This document shows positions 58,328-64,000 of a stretch of 64,000 nucleotides of DNA, in pieces. Every line of letters begins with the position of its first letter. Position 1 is the first letter of the stretch. The stretch comes from Penicillus capitatus. Lineage: Eukaryota; Plantae; Chlorophyta. Under the pieces are notes generated by a model, which did not search any database, was not told the DNA's origin, and worked only from the letters and a program-made list of their open reading frames with translations. The position numbers and the translations under genes were made by a program. The DNA lies in the NCBI GenBank assembly GCA_965649825.1, contig OZ287705.1, positions 124,001 to 188,000 on the forward strand, read 5' to 3'.

Positions 58328-61300
58328 ATGAAACGGCGTTGTCGAATCTTCCTCCTGTTCTTCAGCTTCGCGCTAGTGCGACATGCAGTCGGTCAAGGTA
58401 CGACGAACATAGAGGCCCGCCCCTTCTCTTGACTGCATTTTGCCTGTTTCAGATGCTTGCGACACGTTCGTCGTGGACAATGCACTGGTCGTTGACGCGT
58501 CAACCGTGCAGGATATAGATGCGTCGGGCACTTCGTTTCAAGAAGTGGTGAACTGCCTTCGTAACGGAGCTTCCATTCAATTCGCAACGGCGAACTTTTT
58601 CGCGAACGAAACGATTCGCATTAAGACGAACGTCTCCATCGCGTCCGTATCTGAAGGAAGGACGACGTTTACCTGTAATGCGAGACCCGTCTTCGAAATC
58701 AGGTCAGCCCATCGTCGTCGTTAGAAGAACGGTGGCGAAGTGCACGCACGTACGTACATAGGAATAAGGCGACGGTCGTCTTCTCCAACATCGCTGTCGA
58801 GCAGTGCGAGTTGGACAGCGTCGACGCTCCGCTCGTGGTTGGTCCGGATGCGATGACCACCCTCAGATCCGTGATGTTTCTGAACAATTCGAACGGCAGA
58901 GGGGCCAGCAGCATCATGGCGATGGCTGGATCCAGCGTCACCATTGAAGACGCCGAGTTCCGAGACAACGGCGGCGAACTGGGGACGGTGGTCCTGTCGA
59001 ACGCAAGCAACCTTACGGTCAGGAACTCGACGTTCTCCGACAACAGAGTCAACAACTCAGAGCACGGAGGCGGCGTCTTTCTCATCCAGGTGTACTCTGC
59101 CATTTGCAGTTCTCCAAAGAGAACAAATCCGTTCATGATGCAGAGCGTGGAGGCGCCGACGGCCGTGGCCATAGCAGGGGAGAGCAGATTCATCAGGAAC
59201 GAGGCGACCAACGGGGATGGGGGAGTCATCCATGTCTCCGGAGCTGGCGCTTCACTCACGCTCGAGGGAGATGCGGTCTTCAAATCGAACGTCGCCGGCA
59301 GACGCGGCGGCGCCATCTTTGTGTCGGAAGCCAATCTCGTGACGATCAGAGATGCCGCTTTCGTCGACAACGAAGCAGAGGGCACCGGAGGCGGAGCGCT
59401 GTTCGCCGAGGCAAGTCCTGATGCACGTAATTAACGCAGACCTACATCTGTGCACAGGATCTTAGGAAAGACGGCGTGAACGACATCCAAGTCTCGAACA
59501 GCGTTTTTGCCAGAAACCGTGCCAGCGGGTACGGCGCATCCGGAGGCGGAATCTGTCTCCAGGGACGAGGCATACGCTGCGCATTGACCGATTCGTCGTT
59601 CACGATGAACTCGGCACGGCTCGACGGCGGCGCAATGCACGTCTCGGATCAGGCATCGACGACCATCCGCCAGGCGACGTTCGTCGGAAACGAGGCCATG
59701 AATGGAGGCGGCGCGGCGCTCTTTGTACTGGTAAGCCTCTGATCACGTATCCTTCCTCCTCATCGTATGTCCTGTCGATGGCATCGCAGTCCCTGGAACG
59801 CACCAGAGCTTCCATCTTGAACGTCATTGTGACGAACTCCAAGTTCCTCTTCAACCGAGCTCTGTACAACAACCGCGGTGGAGGGTGCTTCGCCGTCGTC
59901 GGCTTTGGATCGAACGTCACCGTTAGCCGTTGCAGCTTCAAGGACAACGATGGAGGACGCGGCGCAGGCGGCGCTCTGTATGCGTTCCGTGGACCTGTCA
60001 TCGACATCGGGAGCTCGAGTTTCGAAAGAAACAAGGCAGAATGGGGCGGTGCACTGTACGCAGAGGTACTCCAGTCTCCGCCGACAGATGATCTTAAACC
60101 TAATGCTGTCGCAGCATGACGTGTTGCTTGTCATCAGATCCAGCACGTTTCTAGACAATTCTGCGAACGAAGGGGGTGCCATGGACGTGTGGGGCGATGT
60201 CGCCATTGAAGTGGACGACTGCACGTTCGAGAAGAACCGGGCAGTGACGGAAGGAGGTGCCGTAAAAGTGCGAAACTTTGCATCTGCCGAAGTCGGCCTG
60301 GCCTACTTCCAAATGAACAACAGTCGTGTTCTGGGGAACGAAGCCGGAACCAATCTCTTCGAGGACAGGCTGTTTGGTACAGAGACGCAGGGAGGAGGCA
60401 TCCTCGCCGAAGGCAGCGGAATTGATCTCAAGCTGGAGAACAGCACGTTTATAGGGAATCTGGCTTCCAATGGAGGCGCCTTGAGCATCTACGCCGTCGC
60501 CGCCTGCAACATCGACAGAAACACCAAGTAAGGATCCAGTGACAGAGAGTGATCTCTGAGAAGCAACGGGGCGTTGCTGCAGGTTTCAGTACAACGAGGC
60601 CACCTTCGGCGGAGCTCTTTTCATTACCGTTGACGAAAACGTCCACCTCACCAGACTCGATGAGTATCGAGTGGCGAATGCCACTTTCCGGAAGAACCAT
60701 GTGGAGGTGGAAGGAGGGGCCATCTACGTGACGACCACAAGAGCAGAATCCAACTCAGTATCGTTGAATGCGCACGCCTATCTGGTGCTCATAGAGAAGA
60801 GCTCCTTCAGAGAGAACACGTAAGCACATTACGATACCGCACTCGATTTGTCTGCATCGATGGCAGGGCGAGACACGGAGGCGGAGCTCTGTCCGCCATC
60901 GGATCCGCTGTGAAGGTGCATAAAAACGTGTTCAGTAAGAACGGTGCCCAAGCGAACTCGACTGGTCAAACAACGCCATTCCTCGGATACGGAGGGGCAG
61001 TGCACGTTCAGACAGGGACAACCATTGAATGCAAAGACTCGTTGTTTTCTTCAAACGAGGCAGATGTTGGCGGTGCTGTTTATGTCAAAGACGGCTCATT
61101 TATGGGAGAATTGCTAGAGTTCAGCAAGAATGCAGTTTTCGAAGGAGGCGTCGGCGGCGCTGTGGCAGTCGAGGTTTCGAAAGGACAGCATATCCCGCAA
61201 ATTGCATATTCCAACTACCGAAAAATTGTTCTCCAGTGTAACGGATGCGAATTCAAACGCAACAACGGTTCTCTGGCAGGAGGTTACTGATTGATCTCTT

Positions 61301-64000
61301 TGTCGATCGTGTTTTCGGTGACTGATCGTGTCTTTAGGTGCTCTGCACATACATGACATGGATCCGGCCTCGACCTTCGAAAAGGACAACGATCTGATGA
61401 TCGACGGATGCAAGCGCGGACGGGAAGGAGAATTTCACAGCGAAGACCACGAGCTGACTTGTCTGAACTATTGGGTGTTCGTTGGAATGGCGAACAATCG
61501 TACAGCTCGCTTCAGTAATACGAGTTTTGTCGAAAACACTGCGAAAGCTGGAGGCGCCATCTTCACAAACAACCTCTCGATGATCGCAGTAGTATTTGAT
61601 GCCGGTAATCCTGAGGATGAAAGTATCGCCTATAAGCTCGACTACGTGCTGACGAAGAAGAAGACGGAGTATCTCAAGGCGTGCAACGTCAGCTTTCACA
61701 ACAACAGTGTCGCCGACAAGGGTTACGGAGAGAAGGTTGCATCGACACCCTTCACGGCATTCCTCATCAGCCGCGATGAGGAAGGTCGACAGGTTCCCAG
61801 GAAGACGTTCTCGAACGGCTCCTTCCTCAGCGGAGATCGGCTGCGATTCGATGTGGTGTTCAGAGACGGTCTCGACGAACCCGTCACCTTCGCAGACAAC
61901 CTGACGGCCCACATCAGCTGCGACGAAGAGAGGTCGAAGAACATGTCGGCGGACTGCTCGAAGCTCGAGATATCTGGACAGGAAACTGCACAGGCGAGCA
62001 AGAATGGAGTGATGCATTTCACAGCCGTCCGACTGCGAGGACTCAGAGAGAAGACGTACACCCTGCGCATCGACTACCGTTCCACATCCGAGCTGCAGAC
62101 GCTGAACGTGAACTCTTCCTTCGTCCGTGTGACGATGCGACCCTGCAAGATCGGCGAGAGGACAGTCAGCCAAGAAGGCGAGAATCTGGAGTGCCAGGAA
62201 TGCGGCCAGGGCGAGTTTCAGCCGTTTCCAGACAGGCACGAGTGCCTGCCCTGCAACGAAGTCGAGAACCACACTCAGTGCGATGGGAAAACGATCGTGC
62301 CACGCGATGGATACTGGCACGCCACCTCGTTTTCGTTCGCTGCCCAGCAGTGCATTGGCCACGACGCCTGCAGATCGTCGAAGGAGGACGGGAAGACGCG
62401 GACGGAGAAGCTCAGAGAGATTGCAAGAGAGGCGCACGAACGGGGCGAGCCTCTGCTTCACAACTTCAGAGAGAACAGCACGCTGTGCAAAAAGGTTATC
62501 TAAACAACGTCGTTATCTCAGTGACATCTTTTCGCTGTGTGCAGGGTTATCAGGGTGTTCTCTGCGGCAGCTGCGAGAATGGCTACGGCAGAGAGGGAAG
62601 TGTGTGTCGAAAATGCGGATCGCCTGCTGTGCGTGCCTTCATCCTGGCGATGCTGATCCTCTGGTCGTTTCTGTTCTTCACGTATTTCATTCGATCTGTG
62701 CTGCTACTGGCCACGCGTATTGAGTTCAATAAGAGATTCAGTCAAGCGAGAGTAACGCAAATTAGACATCGGGCAGCGAATTCCTCTCCGTCCACATCGC
62801 AGTCAACGACGAAAGCCGAAACCAGCCAAACTCCGAAGACAGATCTCGAGATGGCGTCAATGTCTTCGCTGGTGGAGGTTGTAGAATTGCCCTATAGCGA
62901 AGCGAGGAGACCAGCTGCAAGTCAGTTGCAGGAACAGAATGATCCAGCAGGAAATGTGATGAGGGAGTCCAAGATGACCCACATTGAAAGACTGAGCAGA
63001 CTGAGAGCTTCAACGAGAAGCCAGGGACAGGAAGGTGCTGCACCGACTATCAGGAAACGACGACGCTTTCGAAAGGAAGGAAGGTTGGCACAGAAGCTCC
63101 AGACACTGCTCAATCCGACCAACTCCAACGTCGACATCGAGCCCCTGACTCTGGCCAATCCTGTCTCGGAAGTCCTCAAGGTGCCAGTTCTGTTCGATTA
63201 TTCTGTGTGCGAAGACCGACTTCGTGTATTCTTCAGATTCTTGTCAACTTCCTCCAAGTGACGTCCGTCGCACTCTCGATCAATATCGACTGGGAAGACT
63301 CTCTAAGACGGGCACTCTACGCAATAGGTACGTATCCAGCTAAGAAGAACATCTTTTCTTTTTCAAAATCCAGGTGCCATTGGCAATCTCTCTTCCGGCA
63401 CTGGATACCTCTCACTTGACTGTTTTCTAAACGAGAACGGTCATCCGAAGTCCCTTCGCCGGCTGACAATCACCATCCTCTATCCGCTGCTGATGTTCGT
63501 CGTCTACGTTTTCATGTGGGCAAGCTACAGCCTCATCAGGAGAAGAGGAAAGAGGTACTACATCGCTTGACGACTGACTGGATCCTCACAAGACCTTCTG
63601 CTGTTCTCTAGTTACTGGGGCCAGAGGATTCTGTTGACGTTTCTGGCGATCAACTATTTCATCTACATCGGCATGACCAAGAACCTGCTGCGCTTCTTCG
63701 CCTGTACGCACGTCAACGACGACAGAGAGGGATCGAACTGGCATCGCTTCGTCTGGGAAGAGGACACAGATGTCGAGTGCTACGAGGGTCGCCATGCGTT
63801 GCTCGTCGGCGTCCTCGTCCTTCCTCTCCTCCTCTCCGTCACCCTTGGATTCCCCTTAGGGATTCTCATAACCCTCAGACGCAACAAGAGTCAGCTGAAC
63901 GACGAGGGTTTCGTCCAGACGTTCGGATTCCTATACAGAGCCTACGACAGATACTACTGGGAAGTGGTCATCATGCTGCGAAAGGCAGTGATCGCTGCCA
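58328..64000 (+). CDS. Large multi-exon cell-surface protein: signal peptide, Pmp-type beta-helix repeats, GCC2/GCC3-like Cys-rich region, multi-pass TM domain; incomplete at the window end
   Basis: MKRRCRIFLLFFSFALVRHAVG; many GGA(I/L/V) and FxxN motifs; CQECGQGEFQ..CLPC and GYQGVLCGSCENGYGR; KILVNFLQV, SLDCFL, WEEDTDVECYEGRH, FGFLYRAY..YYWEVV. Confidence 0.88.

Noticed and set aside
1-64000. Non-standard genetic code (TAA/TAG as Gln, as in some ulvophytes)
   Set aside because: TAA or TAG terminate reticulon, gag-pol, K31, the ARM gene and the barrel gene at sensible positions, and no conserved exon needs read-through.
1-64000. Repeats as assembly artefacts
   Set aside because: The copies differ by many substitutions, indels and insertions and show mosaic relationships, unlike collapsed or duplicated reads. 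Long reads would settle it.
1-64000. rRNA, tRNA, CRISPR or telomeric arrays
   Set aside because: None was recognised on either strand by eye; a covariance-model scan was not run.

Overview
Gene-dense eukaryotic nuclear DNA with ~45-60 nt spliceosomal introns and the standard genetic code. AP2/ERF, PPR and reticulon genes suggest a green alga (inference). The window is dominated by a rapidly evolving, segmentally duplicated cluster. Its repeated cassette is a degenerate BRE1-like coiled-coil/RING fragment, head-to-head with an intronless PPR gene, followed by a kinase-like gene; it occurs three times (~0.4-4, 24-33, 47.4-54 kb). About ten kinase-like genes or relics are present, and all six with a readable catalytic loop lack the catalytic Asp, so they are pseudokinases. 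Most carry a ~170-aa C-terminal beta-domain that by eye resembles DUF3694 of kinesin-3/RABGAP1. The same domain is found in seven copies, once apparently fused to an ARM-like helical domain instead of a kinase. Other contents: an intact, very young Ty3/Gypsy element inside a 52-nt reticulon intron; an ORF1-only LINE-like insertion; a 40-bp Stowaway-like MITE; a secreted bacterial-type vanadium haloperoxidase; an AP2/ERF gene; a small secreted beta-barrel protein; a tiny Arg-rich repeat protein; and a large Pmp-repeat/Cys-rich/multi-TM gene running off the right end. All homology calls are by-eye motif recognition; no searches were run.
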